From Escherichia phage JS98, in the sequence record NC_010105.1: a DNA stretch of 64,000 bases. The stretch is one strand, 5' to 3'. The number at the start of each line of letters is the position of its first letter. The first letter of the stretch is position 1. The notes beneath the pieces are model-generated. The model did no database searches, was not told where the DNA came from, and saw only the letters and a program-made list of their open reading frames with translations. Below, one piece after another: positions 15,452-26,463 of the stretch. The translations under genes were made by a program, and so were the position numbers.

Positions 15452-17410
15452 ATGGCTACTCCTACGAATTACCAATTAACAAGAACCGTTAACGCTATCC
15501 CAAAAGTATTTGTGGGAGCTACGTTTGAAGAAATTAAAAAGAATATTATCGATTGGCTTTCCAGCCAGGAAGAATTTAAGGATTACGATTTCGTTGGTTC
15601 TCGAATGAATATCCTTATTGATATGCTTGCTTATAATACTCTTTATATACAGCAATTTGCTAACACAGCTTTATACGAGTCTTTTATAGGAACGGCAAAC
15701 CTTCGTTCTTCGGTTGTCCAAGCTGCACAAGATAACGGATATCTTCCTAGTTCTAAATCAGCGGCAAAAACAAGTATTATGTTGACCTGTACTCAGGCCC
15801 TGAATGAAAAGAATATTCGTATCCCACGTGGTACTAAATTCTTGGCCTATGCTCGTGATACTTCAGCAGACCCGTATGCTTTTGTTACCACGGAAAACGT
15901 TATTGCCGTACGTGATGTTAATAACCAATATCTCCCTATTGTATCTTTAGCACAAGGTCGTATTATTCGTACCGAACTTAAGTATGACCCTAAAACTCCT
16001 ATTCTTATTCGTGACCCGGATATTGATAGACAAGAAGTTAAACTTTATGTCGATGGTGCAGAATGGACTAACTGGACTAATAAATCCATGGTTCATGCTG
16101 GTAGTACATCAACCATTTACTATATGCGTGAAACCGTAGATGGTAATACTGAATTCTTCTTTGGTGAAGGCGTTGCCGAAAAATCAGTTGCGGGTGGTGT
16201 ATTAGAAGCTAACTATATTGGTGGTTTAAAACCTGTTAAAGATGCTACCATTGTTATAGAATATCTTCGTACCGACGGTGAAGTTGCTAACGGAGCAGTG
16301 GACTTTAGTTATGCGGATTCTTTGGCATATATTACGGTTGAAAAAATTACAGAAAACTATGATGGGAACCCGGATTATGTAGGTGCTGATGGTGGTGGTG
16401 ACCCTGAAGATATCGAACGTATTCGTGAACTGGCTGTAGTTAAACGCGAAGCCCAGATGCGTGCCGTAACTGGTACGGATTATGATACATTCGTTTCAGA
16501 ACGATTTGGTTCTATTGTACAAGCAGTACAAACATTTACAGACCCAAATAAACCAGGTTACGCCTTTGTTACTATTAAACCTAAATCAGGATTGTATTTG
16601 ACTGCGGTTCAACGTGAAGATATCCAAAATTATCTTTCAGAATTTAACTTGGCGCCTATTACTCCTTCGGTTATTTCTCCAGACTACTTGTTCTTAAAGC
16701 ATAAAATTAAGGTTTCATATGCACTGAACAAATTACAGGAATCCGAACAATGGCTAACGGCTCAAATCCTTTCCCAAATAGACCGTTATTATATTAACGA
16801 AGTTGAAATATTCAACCATGGATTTGCCAAGTCTAAAATGCTGACTTATATTGATAATGCAGACCACAGTATCCTTGGCTCTTCGGCTACGGTAACAATG
16901 GTTCGCGAGGTATTAAACTTCTTCAAAACACCTGAAGCGGGTATTAAATACTATAATCAATACACCAACCGTTCTGTAACTTCTAGTGAATTTGAGTTCG
17001 TCCCAACAAACGTATCGGATGATATTAAATCTTATAACGTACGTATTGTTGCCACAGATAAAGACGAACGAGGCGATGGTAAAATGGTTATAGGTCCTTT
17101 CCGTCCAGGTGATGTAATTGAAAACCAATACATCCAACCTTATACCGGAGATGACTTCGATAAAATGGCAGCTCCTGCAGACCAATCGGTCTACTATGTT
17201 ATTGGCGAAATTGATTATTACTCAGACTTTATTTTCTGGGATATCGCCGCAATAGGCCTTACTTCCGACCGTTTTGAAGTCCAGTCTATTGAACTTTATG
17301 CAGGACCAGACCAAGACAACATCTTTACCAAAGACGGTTCTTTAATCGTATTTGAAGATGACCTTCGTCCTCAGTACACAACTATAGAGTTGGAACCAAT
17401 TACAATATAA
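15452..17410 (+). CDS. 6: gp6 baseplate wedge protein
   Basis: Synteny and size (652 aa). Confidence 0.9.
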   Translation: MATPTNYQLTRTVNAIPKVFVGATFEEIKKNIIDWLSSQEEFKDYDFVGSRMNILIDMLAYNTLYIQQFANTALYESFIGTANLRSSVVQAAQDNGYLPSSKSAAKTSIMLTCTQALNEKNIRIPRGTKFLAYARDTSADPYAFVTTENVIAVRDVNNQYLPIVSLAQGRIIRTELKYDPKTPILIRDPDIDRQEVKLYVDGAEWTNWTNKSMVHAGSTSTIYYMRETVDGNTEFFFGEGVAEKSVAGGVLEANYIGGLKPVKDATIVIEYLRTDGEVANGAVDFSYADSLAYITVEKITENYDGNPDYVGADGGGDPEDIERIRELAVVKREAQMRAVTGTDYDTFVSERFGSIVQAVQTFTDPNKPGYAFVTIKPKSGLYLTAVQREDIQNYLSEFNLAPITPSVISPDYLFLKHKIKVSYALNKLQESEQWLTAQILSQIDRYYINEVEIFNHGFAKSKMLTYIDNADHSILGSSATVTMVREVLNFFKTPEAGIKYYNQYTNRSVTSSEFEFVPTNVSDDIKSYNVRIVATDKDERGDGKMVIGPFRPGDVIENQYIQPYTGDDFDKMAAPADQSVYYVIGEIDYYSDFIFWDIAAIGLTSDRFEVQSIELYAGPDQDNIFTKDGSLIVFEDDLRPQYTTIELEPITI

Positions 17411-17411
17411 G

Positions 17412-17423
17412 CCTCTTCGGAGG
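17412..17423 (+). terminator. short hairpin after gene 6
   Basis: CCTC-TTCG-GAGG followed by TTTAAGG. The stem is only 4-5 bp. Confidence 0.3.
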
Positions 17424-17437
17424 TTTAAGGAGATTTA

Positions 17438-20400
17438 ATGTCTGTACAAGCGCCTTATGTTACTAGTCTGAGAATTGATAAGCTCTCGGCTAACCATGTG
17501 AGCATTCTTTGGGATGACGTAGGCGCCAACTTCTATTATTTCGTAGAACTGGCCCAAACGAAGGATGCGGGTGTAGAAATTCCCGACGATAGATTATTTT
17601 GGAGAAATTTAGGTTACACCCCTAATAACGAATGGTTTGAAGAGGCATTCATTTCTCCTAATTCATTTTATAAAATGCGAGTTGCGGTAGCTGCTCAGGG
17701 GTTTGAGCAGTCTGAGTGGGTTTACACTGAAGAATTTGAAACTTTCTCTACCAACGCATATACATTTGAGCATATGCGCGAATTCACGTTGTCTAATAAA
17801 TTTATTGAAGAAAAATTCACAAAAAATAATCAGAATTATGTGAACTTTAATACTGATGCCATTATGGCTTCCTTAATGACGGAAGATTTTAACTTTACGC
17901 CGGCGTATTCGCATTTGTCATCTATATCAAATTATGTTTTAAAAGCCGACCGATTCCATGAAATCCAAGGAAGCATTCAAGCAGTTTGTAAAGACCCTAG
18001 ACGTTCTATTTTAATGGAACTTGGTGGAGTTCTGTATCTTTTAGAAAGATTCCAAAGCACAGCTAAAGTTTCTAATGATAAAGGACAAAACTGGCACTAT
18101 ATTAGATTGTTTAACGATAGAGTGGGTAATCCAGTATCTAGAACGGCTCATTACCAAACAGAAACTACTACATACGTACTAGGTTATGACCAAATATTTT
18201 ACGGGCGTAAATCAAGTGATATTAGATGGTCTGCTGATGACGTTCGCTTTAGTTCTCAGGACGTAACATTTGCTAAAATCGGTAGTGATATAGACCTTCC
18301 GTTTGAAATAGAAATATTTGGGTCATACGCAAAACTCCCATTGCCTATTTCCACTATTGCCGAAGCTATGTGTGCTTCTGACGATTTCATTTATGTTGCG
18401 GGTAGAGACAGAGTTTATAAAGCAAAAACATCAGAGGCCCCTATAGACACTGACCCTAGCTCACCAACTTACGGCGAGAAGATATTTGAAAGCGGATATT
18501 CAACTATAACAGGGAACCCTAAAGCTGTTTGCTATAAATTAGATTCTATCCAAGGGCATACGTTTGCTTTAATTACAGGTGAAGTTAAAGAAGAAAAAAT
18601 GGACCCTACAGTAGAGGCTAATGTAATTGATTCTGAATCTAAAGGTGTCTATTGGTTGGATGTAGAAACAGATACTTGGACTCGCGTATTCGGAAATACT
18701 GAAGAAGAACGTCGTCGTATAGAGCATGGTTATACTAGCATGTCTACAGATGGCGAAGAGTTATTTTTCAGTTCAAGCAACTTTAGATATGAAGTAGAGG
18801 TTGATTCTGAACTTCCTTGGAAATATCCTGAAATTGTTACTTCGGCTGTTAAATACGTTAAAGACGAACAGTGGATTCATAATAAGCATTATTTGATGAT
18901 GAGCTTTAGGTCTAACTCTAAATCAGATTTTAAAGAATTTAAACCAGGTCGTATGGCTTATTATGCTGAACCATTCTTCAGTTGGTCACGTCGTGATGGA
19001 ACCCGTTCTTGGATTACTACAGGTGACCATGCGATGGTTGTTTATAACGATGCTTTGTATCAGAAAATAATCGACCTTAATAGTGGTTCATCGCCGGAAC
19101 GTATTGTTCACGAGATTTGGAATAAAGGATTTTGCAAAGTTACATCCCCTAATATCGAATTTAATGGCTTTAAAAAATATTCCTCTGGTATGATGATTCA
19201 CAAATCTACAGGTGAATTAGTTGGTTATTTTGAATTCGACTATCGTGTGCGTGATGAAGTCCGTGTTATTTGGAAGCCTAAAGAAATTATGTTTACGGCA
19301 GAGCTCCAAAACCAAGAGCATGAAATTCCATGGGCCCCTAAAGAAGAGACCGGCGAACAAGACCCTGATTTGAAACCGTTATTGGTCAAAATGGTTCCGG
19401 ATAGTTATTTACTCCAAGATTCCAATTTTGAAAAATTCTGCGAATATTATCTACAGTTTATTAGTGATGGTTCTGGCACTCATTATAATAATTTGTTAAA
19501 CCTTATTCGTAATCAGTATCCTCGTGAAGAAGACTCATGGGAATACCTATGGTCTGAAATTTATAAACGTAATATCTATTTGTCAAAAGAAAAACGCGAC
19601 GAAGTTGTTAGATTTTTCCAAGCTCGTCAGTCTGATTTTTGGTCAACTAAAGGTACTGAGGCTTCATATAAATTCCTGTTTAAATTGCTTTATAATGAAG
19701 ATGTCGAAATTGATATCGAGTCCAAGAACTCTATCGAATATGATATCATCGTAGAATCCGACAATATCAGTGAAGATATCGTAGGCCAAACAATTTATAC
19801 TCCTACAGGAAGAAGTAATGTTACTTATATAGAACGAAATTACAAAGATGGTAAATTGCAATGGCGTTTAACCATTCATAATCTTTTAGGTCGTTTTATA
19901 GTCGGTCAGGAAATCAAATCTGAACGTACTTCATTTAAGGGTATGATTGTTCAAGGCGTTCGTGGTAAAGAGCTTTTGAGTAACAATATCGATTATATCA
20001 ACCGTAACCGTTCTTACTATGTGATGACTATCAAGTCTAATCTCCCGACCTCTCGTTATCGCAATGACGTTTTGAGATTTGTTCATCCGGTAGGTTTCGG
20101 CTTTATAGGTATAACTTTGCTTTCTATGTTTGTTAACGTTGGTTTAACACTAAAACATACAGAAACCATTATTAATATCCTTAAGAACTATAAATGGGAC
20201 TCAGGTTTGCCATCTGAATGGTACGATAGAGTTGCTGTAATAGGTTTTGATGGTAATATAGAACGAGACCCTCGTACAGGTGCTCCGATGTACAACGTTG
20301 GACCTAAAGCAGGTGAACCGTTTGATATTCCTGCCGATTATGATGCAGAAAATGATTTCTCTGTATTCCAAGGTCAATTACCACACGAACGTATTAAAAA

Positions 20401-20533
20401 GCATAGTCCATTGTTTGACCAAAGTGCTGTGACTTTTGCCAATTGGCGTGCACTGGTTGATAAGCGTCTTAAAGACGATATTGGAAATCCTAGAGACCCT
20501 AAAGTTCCAACTCAGGTAAAAATTAATGATTAA
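17438..20533 (+). CDS. 7: gp7 baseplate wedge initiator
   Basis: Synteny and size (1031 aa). Confidence 0.9.
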   Translation: MSVQAPYVTSLRIDKLSANHVSILWDDVGANFYYFVELAQTKDAGVEIPDDRLFWRNLGYTPNNEWFEEAFISPNSFYKMRVAVAAQGFEQSEWVYTEEFETFSTNAYTFEHMREFTLSNKFIEEKFTKNNQNYVNFNTDAIMASLMTEDFNFTPAYSHLSSISNYVLKADRFHEIQGSIQAVCKDPRRSILMELGGVLYLLERFQSTAKVSNDKGQNWHYIRLFNDRVGNPVSRTAHYQTETTTYVLGYDQIFYGRKSSDIRWSADDVRFSSQDVTFAKIGSDIDLPFEIEIFGSYAKLPLPISTIAEAMCASDDFIYVAGRDRVYKAKTSEAPIDTDPSSPTYGEKIFESGYSTITGNPKAVCYKLDSIQGHTFALITGEVKEEKMDPTVEANVIDSESKGVYWLDVETDTWTRVFGNTEEERRRIEHGYTSMSTDGEELFFSSSNFRYEVEVDSELPWKYPEIVTSAVKYVKDEQWIHNKHYLMMSFRSNSKSDFKEFKPGRMAYYAEPFFSWSRRDGTRSWITTGDHAMVVYNDALYQKIIDLNSGSSPERIVHEIWNKGFCKVTSPNIEFNGFKKYSSGMMIHKSTGELVGYFEFDYRVRDEVRVIWKPKEIMFTAELQNQEHEIPWAPKEETGEQDPDLKPLLVKMVPDSYLLQDSNFEKFCEYYLQFISDGSGTHYNNLLNLIRNQYPREEDSWEYLWSEIYKRNIYLSKEKRDEVVRFFQARQSDFWSTKGTEASYKFLFKLLYNEDVEIDIESKNSIEYDIIVESDNISEDIVGQTIYTPTGRSNVTYIERNYKDGKLQWRLTIHNLLGRFIVGQEIKSERTSFKGMIVQGVRGKELLSNNIDYINRNRSYYVMTIKSNLPTSRYRNDVLRFVHPVGFGFIGITLLSMFVNVGLTLKHTETIINILKNYKWDSGLPSEWYDRVAVIGFDGNIERDPRTGAPMYNVGPKAGEPFDIPADYDAENDFSVFQGQLPHERIKKHSPLFDQSAVTFANWRALVDKRLKDDIGNPRDPKVPTQVKIND

Positions 20534-21530
20534 TTCTACAGTAGTTTATCGTTCTATTGTTACTTCAAAATTTAGAACGGAAAAAATGTACAACTTTTAC
20601 AGAACAATAGGTGATGGCGAAGACCAGAACACTATGTATGTATCTTTCGGAAGGGCCCGACCATGGGCCGATAACGAAAATGACCCTGGTTTTGCACCAC
20701 CCTATCCTGTAGATGATTCTGAAGGCGTAGAAGACGTCTGGACCAACATGATGGGTTGTGTTAAGGTTTATAAGAGTATGCTGGATTGTGTTGTCCCACG
20801 CAAAGACTGGGGTGACACAACTTATCCTAACCCATTTACTTTCCAGATCGGCGAAATTGTGGTAGCGAATAGCCAGCCACAAAACCGTACTGATGTAGGT
20901 GCCGGGTGGATGGTTTATCGTTGTGTAGATATTCCTGAATCAGGTACATGTTCTATTTTGTCCCTTGATAATAAAACCGAGTGTATTAAACTTGGTGGCA
21001 AATGGACTTCAAATGTGCAATCAGTTAAAGCCCCAGCAGGACAGGGTGATACGGAAGGTATGGTGGATACTGGTGATGGATATCTCTGGGAATATTTGTA
21101 TGAGATTCCACCTGATGTAAGTATTAACCGATGCACTAATGAATATATTGTAGTTCCATGGCCAGAAGAAATTGCTGAGGACCCAGAACGTTGGGGATAT
21201 GAGAATAACCTCACTTGGCAACAAGACGATTATGGATTAATTTACCGTATTAAAGCCAATACTATTCGCTTTAAAGCATTCTTAGATTCGGTTTATTTCC
21301 CTGAATTTAGTTTGCCAGGCAACAAAGGTTTTAGACAGCTTTCGATAATTTCTAACCCGTTAGAAGCTAAAGCTCACCCATCCGATCCGATCATTAAAGC
21401 CGAAAAAGAGTATTATGATGTTATAGACCTCTCCCGCCACTCCGGTGAAATGATTTATATGGAAAACCGTCCTCCGGTTATTCGTTCCATGGACCAAACA
21501 GAAGAAATTAACATTGTCTTCGAATTCTAA
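20526..21530 (+). CDS. 8: gp8 baseplate wedge protein
   Basis: Long identical blocks to T4 gp8 (IVTSKFRTEKM, EIPPDVSINRCTNEYIVVPWPEE, HSGEMIYMENRPP). Confidence 0.95.
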   Translation: MINSTVVYRSIVTSKFRTEKMYNFYRTIGDGEDQNTMYVSFGRARPWADNENDPGFAPPYPVDDSEGVEDVWTNMMGCVKVYKSMLDCVVPRKDWGDTTYPNPFTFQIGEIVVANSQPQNRTDVGAGWMVYRCVDIPESGTCSILSLDNKTECIKLGGKWTSNVQSVKAPAGQGDTEGMVDTGDGYLWEYLYEIPPDVSINRCTNEYIVVPWPEEIAEDPERWGYENNLTWQQDDYGLIYRIKANTIRFKAFLDSVYFPEFSLPGNKGFRQLSIISNPLEAKAHPSDPIIKAEKEYYDVIDLSRHSGEMIYMENRPPVIRSMDQTEEINIVFEF

Positions 21531-21531
21531 T

Positions 21532-21549
21532 AAGGGCCGCAAGGCCCTT
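21532..21549 (+). terminator. rho-independent terminator after gene 8
   Basis: AAGGGCC-GCAA-GGCCCTT, then TCGGGTTT. Confidence 0.6.
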
Positions 21550-21557
21550 TCGGGTTT

Positions 21558-21565
21558 AATAAATA
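21558..21565 (+). promoter_or_regulatory. possible late promoter (AATAAATA, 7/8) for gene 9
   Basis: Near-consensus octamer 27 nt upstream of the ATG at 21592. Confidence 0.35.
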
Positions 21566-21591
21566 CAGTATATCAATAATGAGGCATACCT

Positions 21592-22452
21592 ATGATTAAG
21601 CAAACTGGTAAAGAACTAATTGACGTCGGTGAAATTGGTAATGCCAGCACCGGCGACATTCTTTATGACGGCGGTGTTAAACTGAACACTGACTTAAACA
21701 ACATCTATAATACTTTCGGCGACCAACGTAAAACAGCTTTAACCGGCGAATTGACCGGCCAGAAATTACACGCTACAGGGTATTATCAAAAATTTGGTGA
21801 TATGGACCAAGCAAGCTCGGTTGATTTAGGCTCTTTGGTGGATATCGATGCTTCTAGCGGTTCTATCGTATTAACCACTGTAAAGGGTGCAGTTGGTGAA
21901 GGAATTGAGATTATCAACTCTAACGGAAGTATTTCATCTACTAACTATCTTGAAATCCGTATATTAGATACTTTTGCAAGTCATCCTACTTCAACCCTGC
22001 GTATTGTAACCCCTTATACCCGAGTTCTTTTATGGTGCGTATCGGATACAAACGGTGTTGCGGTATGGGATTATTCAATTGAAAGCATGTTTGGTGATAA
22101 ACGAGTTCCATTAAATAAGACATATAATATATCTTCTGTCGCTCGTGATATCCCGGTGGTTTATTCAGGTCAGTATTCATTGGTCAAACTTTTAGTTACT
22201 GCAGTGAATGCCAACGAAACCATTTACAAAGCTTCAGAATATCTTGTGTTTATCGACAACCAAGCTAAAAAGATTTATTCCACTGAATACGCAGTTATTA
22301 AACGTGGACAAACTTCAGATGATGACGAAATTTATTCTCTAGATTTTAAATTCGATACATCAAACTATATTATCGCGACCGCTTCTTCTGTCAATCCTAT
22401 GAGGCTTGCAATTAAGGTCGTAGAAACCCAAACTATTGGAGTTCCAGTATAA
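21592..22452 (+). CDS. 9: gp9 baseplate wedge / long tail fibre socket
   Basis: LIDVGEIGNASTGDILYDGG...YNTFGDQRK matches the T4 gp9 N-terminus. Confidence 0.92.
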   Translation: MIKQTGKELIDVGEIGNASTGDILYDGGVKLNTDLNNIYNTFGDQRKTALTGELTGQKLHATGYYQKFGDMDQASSVDLGSLVDIDASSGSIVLTTVKGAVGEGIEIINSNGSISSTNYLEIRILDTFASHPTSTLRIVTPYTRVLLWCVSDTNGVAVWDYSIESMFGDKRVPLNKTYNISSVARDIPVVYSGQYSLVKLLVTAVNANETIYKASEYLVFIDNQAKKIYSTEYAVIKRGQTSDDDEIYSLDFKFDTSNYIIATASSVNPMRLAIKVVETQTIGVPV

Positions 22453-24263
22453 TGAAACAAGACTTAAAAGTAGGTTCCGCTGTTGATGACGGGTCCGGTG
22501 ATTACCTGCGTGCAGGTGGTCTTAAAATTAATAACAACTTCAATGAGCTTTATTACCAATTAGGCGACGGCAATAACCCACATGCCGCAGGCGCTTGGAA
22601 ACAACATTCTACTGAAGACGGTGCTTTGTTGAATGCCGTAATGGGCCATAGCTATACCCTTAATACCCAGGGTGGGCGTATTAACGTCCAGCTTCCTAAA
22701 GGCTCTCCTGAAGAATATAACTTTGTTATCCGTGTACGTGACGTGTATTCTTCATGGCAAGCTAACCCAGTAACCTTAATCCCTGCCACAGGTGATACCA
22801 TTAAGGGTTCAGCTACTCAAGTTGAAATTGCTCGCAACTTCTCTGACCTTGAATTGGTTTATTGTGCGCCTGGTCGTTGGGAATATGTTGAAAATAAGCA
22901 AGTAAACCGTATTCCAAATAACGACCTTGCTACCGTAGCAACTAAACAGTTTATTGCAACTGAAGGTCAAACAGATTTTCTAGATGTTTTCCCTGGCCTT
23001 TCTTACAACGTAGCAAGTTTAAGCGTTTCACAACGTGGTAACAATTTGTTCTATGGTGTTGATGATATTTTTGATGCTGCTACCGCAGAGTTTGGTTCTC
23101 CAGGTGCTCAACCAGGCGAATTGGTTGCCTTGAATGGTAAGGACATTCGTTTAAAATATCCATGCGAAGCAGGTGATACTGTTATTATCAAATCGTATAA
23201 TGACGGACTTGCCCAATGGCGCAGTTCTTATAACCGCCGTGATATAACAATCAAAAGTTCAGAATTGACTAAAGACGTTTCTGTTCCTGGCTCTTCTTTC
23301 GTGGGTGATTTGAGTACTTCACATGTTATATCAGCAGCTGATTTGAATATTTCCGTTAACAGTCCTATCAACCCAAATGCTTGCCAAGTCATGCTTAATA
23401 GCACATTACTTCATCAAGCTGGTACTGCTGGCCTTCCTTCGTTTTATTGTGAAGGTGCCGACGGACGTACTGCTACCGAGTGTTTTAATGCAGGTGGGCA
23501 ATGGACCCAATCTAAATCAGACTATATTTTTAATTTGACCCCTGAAGATAAGATTGAATCCATCGAATTTGGACGTGACTTTGAACATGGTGATATTCTT
23601 ACGGTAATTTGGTATAATAACGATATCGGCACCACCATGGAAATTGATGAGATTTTGGATTATACCAATAACATCTATATTTCTAAAGGCCCTTCTATTG
23701 ATATATCAGGCCAGGTTCGTATCACTGATGTAGATAATCCTTTTGCACCTAACGTTGAACCTGTCGCCCCATCTAATATTACAATAGATACAGCATCGAC
23801 ATTTTTTGATTTAATTTACCCTGTAGGAACCATCTATGAGAACACGGTGAACCCTAATAACCCTAAAACTTATATGGGCTTTGGTTCATGGAAGCGTTTA
23901 TCTGATGTGTTCTTGGTAGGTTGGTCTCCTGACGCTGGTTCTTTGTTTAATGCAAATAATAACGACCTGGATTCAGCGGGTGTTCCACAATCAACTGCAG
24001 GCGGGACTGGTGGTGCTCATGTGGCTAATTTGAAATATGAGAATATCCCAGAACTTAATACAGATGATAAAGTCCTTATTGCTGATAACGATGGCCCTAT
24101 TTTTGTAGGTGGATGTTTAGTTGACCCTGATTCACAAGGACCGGCTTATACAAAATATCGTGAAGATAAAGCCAGTATTAATAAGGCTCAAGGGACCACT
24201 CCTATCCCGGTTAATACTCTACCACCATACTTAACTGTTCATCGCTGGATGAGGATTGCATAA
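22452..24263 (+). CDS. 10: gp10 baseplate wedge / short tail fibre attachment
   Basis: MKQDLKVGSAVDDGSGDYLRAGGLKINNNFNELYYQLGDG matches the T4 gp10 N-terminus. Confidence 0.92.
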   Translation: MKQDLKVGSAVDDGSGDYLRAGGLKINNNFNELYYQLGDGNNPHAAGAWKQHSTEDGALLNAVMGHSYTLNTQGGRINVQLPKGSPEEYNFVIRVRDVYSSWQANPVTLIPATGDTIKGSATQVEIARNFSDLELVYCAPGRWEYVENKQVNRIPNNDLATVATKQFIATEGQTDFLDVFPGLSYNVASLSVSQRGNNLFYGVDDIFDAATAEFGSPGAQPGELVALNGKDIRLKYPCEAGDTVIIKSYNDGLAQWRSSYNRRDITIKSSELTKDVSVPGSSFVGDLSTSHVISAADLNISVNSPINPNACQVMLNSTLLHQAGTAGLPSFYCEGADGRTATECFNAGGQWTQSKSDYIFNLTPEDKIESIEFGRDFEHGDILTVIWYNNDIGTTMEIDEILDYTNNIYISKGPSIDISGQVRITDVDNPFAPNVEPVAPSNITIDTASTFFDLIYPVGTIYENTVNPNNPKTYMGFGSWKRLSDVFLVGWSPDAGSLFNANNNDLDSAGVPQSTAGGTGGAHVANLKYENIPELNTDDKVLIADNDGPIFVGGCLVDPDSQGPAYTKYREDKASINKAQGTTPIPVNTLPPYLTVHRWMRIA

Positions 24264-24928
24264 TGACTTTAACTGAAATGAAAAGCGGGTTAAAATCCCG
24301 CTTAGCTGACTATTTGGAATTATCTTACACCAGTGACAAGCCTACTGCTGTTGCTGACCAACGACCTATCGGTGGGCCTTCTGCAAACCAAACCCAGAAG
24401 GGTGTTTATTTTCCTACAGTCCAAAGTGCAATAGATGATATTGCATTTAGAACAGAGCTTCCTGTGAACTCTGTTATTATTACCACAGAAAACAGAGCAC
24501 CTGGATTTATCCAACAATCTGATAAAATTACATTCACCGGTTCTATTTCTTCAGGCGGCGAACTTGGAGACCCGGTTATTATTAAAGTGTTTGGACTTCC
24601 TGTAGAGGTCTTAGTTGGTGATTCATCTGTATTGGTTGCATCTAAAGTAAATGATGTATTTTTAGACGCCATTGCTAATAGCTATATTTTAGCCGAAACA
24701 GCTATTGACGCCTTAGACCAATCTACCTTGAATATTAAATACAATGACTATCAGAATCATATTTTTTCACCATATAAACAATCGGGTTGTACAATTTCCC
24801 ATACTATAGTCCAGCAGCCAAGGGCCGGATATGGTAAGTGGGAATACTTAGGTAACTCTACCCAATCGTTAGCAGGTGGTACAGTTAACGGCACGATTCC
24901 TTTATATTACTATAAGAGATTATATTAA
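24263..24928 (+). CDS. 11: gp11 baseplate wedge / short tail fibre connector
   Basis: Synteny and size. ATGA coupling with 10 and 12. Confidence 0.88.
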   Translation: MTLTEMKSGLKSRLADYLELSYTSDKPTAVADQRPIGGPSANQTQKGVYFPTVQSAIDDIAFRTELPVNSVIITTENRAPGFIQQSDKITFTGSISSGGELGDPVIIKVFGLPVEVLVGDSSVLVASKVNDVFLDAIANSYILAETAIDALDQSTLNIKYNDYQNHIFSPYKQSGCTISHTIVQQPRAGYGKWEYLGNSTQSLAGGTVNGTIPLYYYKRLY

Positions 24929-26454
24929 TGTCAACAAACACACTAAAACACATTAGTGATAAATCGGAATTCAAATCATTCGACCCTACTGGGTCGAATT
25001 TCCCGCCTGATATTACTAATGTTCAAGAAGCATTGGCGGCTATTTCATTAATCGGTGTCACGGGTAATGTTCCTTCAGCCACAGAAACATCCCAAGGTAT
25101 TATTCGTCTTGCCACAACACAAGAAGTAATGGATGGGTTGGATGCTTATAGTGCAGTGACTCCAGCAACTTTAAAAGCACGTTTAGATATTCCTACTCAG
25201 GCAACAGAAACTTATGTAGGTATTACCCGTTATGCTACTAATGCTGAAGCTATAGCAGGCACAGAGCCCCAGGCTGCAATCGTAGCAACCTCTTTGAAAG
25301 CGGTAATGGATTATACATTTGAGAACCGTTTATCAACAGAGAACACTACAGGCGTTATCAAGATTTCAACTACACCTGCTGCATTAGCTGGTACCGATGA
25401 TACCACAGCAATGACCCCGCTTAAAGTATCTCAAGCAATTGGTGCGGCCACAGCAGCGTTACCGGTTTATTCTACGGCAACGACCACAAATGAAGGTTTG
25501 GTTCGTTTAGCTACTAATGCTGAAGTTGGCAATGGAAGTCTTTCGGTAGGTATTGCTATTTCTCCAGCCGGATTAGCCACATTAACTTCCACCGAAGCCA
25601 GAAGTGGTATTATTAAACTCGCAGGTTGGGATATGGTATCTAATGGTACTGACCATACTGCCGCTGTTACTCCGGCATCTTTGCTAGCTCGTACAGGTAA
25701 TACAGGACGAATTGGCTTGGTGCGTTTAACTACTACAGTAGGACAAGGCGATGGTAATACGGCCCTGGCTTATAATGCTAACGTTATTTCTACTTCAGGT
25801 GGTGAAATATGGGGTACTTTAAACGTTAATGGCGCATTACGTCGTAATGGTGTTGATGTTGTTACCCATGACCAATTATCAGATAGCGTTCCAGTAGGTA
25901 CTATTTGTATGTGGGGTGGACATGAAGGTAATATCCCAGGCAAATGGCGAGCTTGTGTAGGTGGGACTTATACTGGTGGTGCATATTTAAATGCTGTTGG
26001 TGGACGTTGGGGATGGTGGGGTGCTATTCCAGATTTCCGTGGATTGTATCCTCGCGGCGCTAACATGGTTGGTGGATATTCTGAAGGTGAAGTTAACCCA
26101 CATATTGCCGGTAACCGAGGAGAAGACGGTAAAGGTAAAGCCCGTTTAGGTAACGGTGTAGGTTCGTTCCCACAATCTTCTGTTCAAGCCCAAGCATTAC
26201 GTTATCATAAACACGCCGGTGGTTTTGGTGAACATGATAACTATGGTGCTTTTGGTAACACCGCTAACTCTGGGTATGTTGGTACTCGTAAAGGACTTGA
26301 CTGGGATAACCGTAGTTATTATACTAACGAAGGGTTTGAGACCACTGAACCTTGGAACCGTGATGGCCATACCACACTGAATAGTGAAGGACTTATTGCA
26401 AATGAAACACGTCCTTGGACAATGTCCGTTCTTTTTATTATTAAAGTAGAATAA
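24928..26454 (+). CDS. 12: gp12 short tail fibre
   Basis: N-terminus FDPTGSNFPPDITNVQEALAAIS and repeated xGIIRLAT/VGITRYAT motifs as in T4 gp12. Confidence 0.92.
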   Translation: MSTNTLKHISDKSEFKSFDPTGSNFPPDITNVQEALAAISLIGVTGNVPSATETSQGIIRLATTQEVMDGLDAYSAVTPATLKARLDIPTQATETYVGITRYATNAEAIAGTEPQAAIVATSLKAVMDYTFENRLSTENTTGVIKISTTPAALAGTDDTTAMTPLKVSQAIGAATAALPVYSTATTTNEGLVRLATNAEVGNGSLSVGIAISPAGLATLTSTEARSGIIKLAGWDMVSNGTDHTAAVTPASLLARTGNTGRIGLVRLTTTVGQGDGNTALAYNANVISTSGGEIWGTLNVNGALRRNGVDVVTHDQLSDSVPVGTICMWGGHEGNIPGKWRACVGGTYTGGAYLNAVGGRWGWWGAIPDFRGLYPRGANMVGGYSEGEVNPHIAGNRGEDGKGKARLGNGVGSFPQSSVQAQALRYHKHAGGFGEHDNYGAFGNTANSGYVGTRKGLDWDNRSYYTNEGFETTEPWNRDGHTTLNSEGLIANETRPWTMSVLFIIKVE

Positions 26455-26463
26455 GGGTAAAAA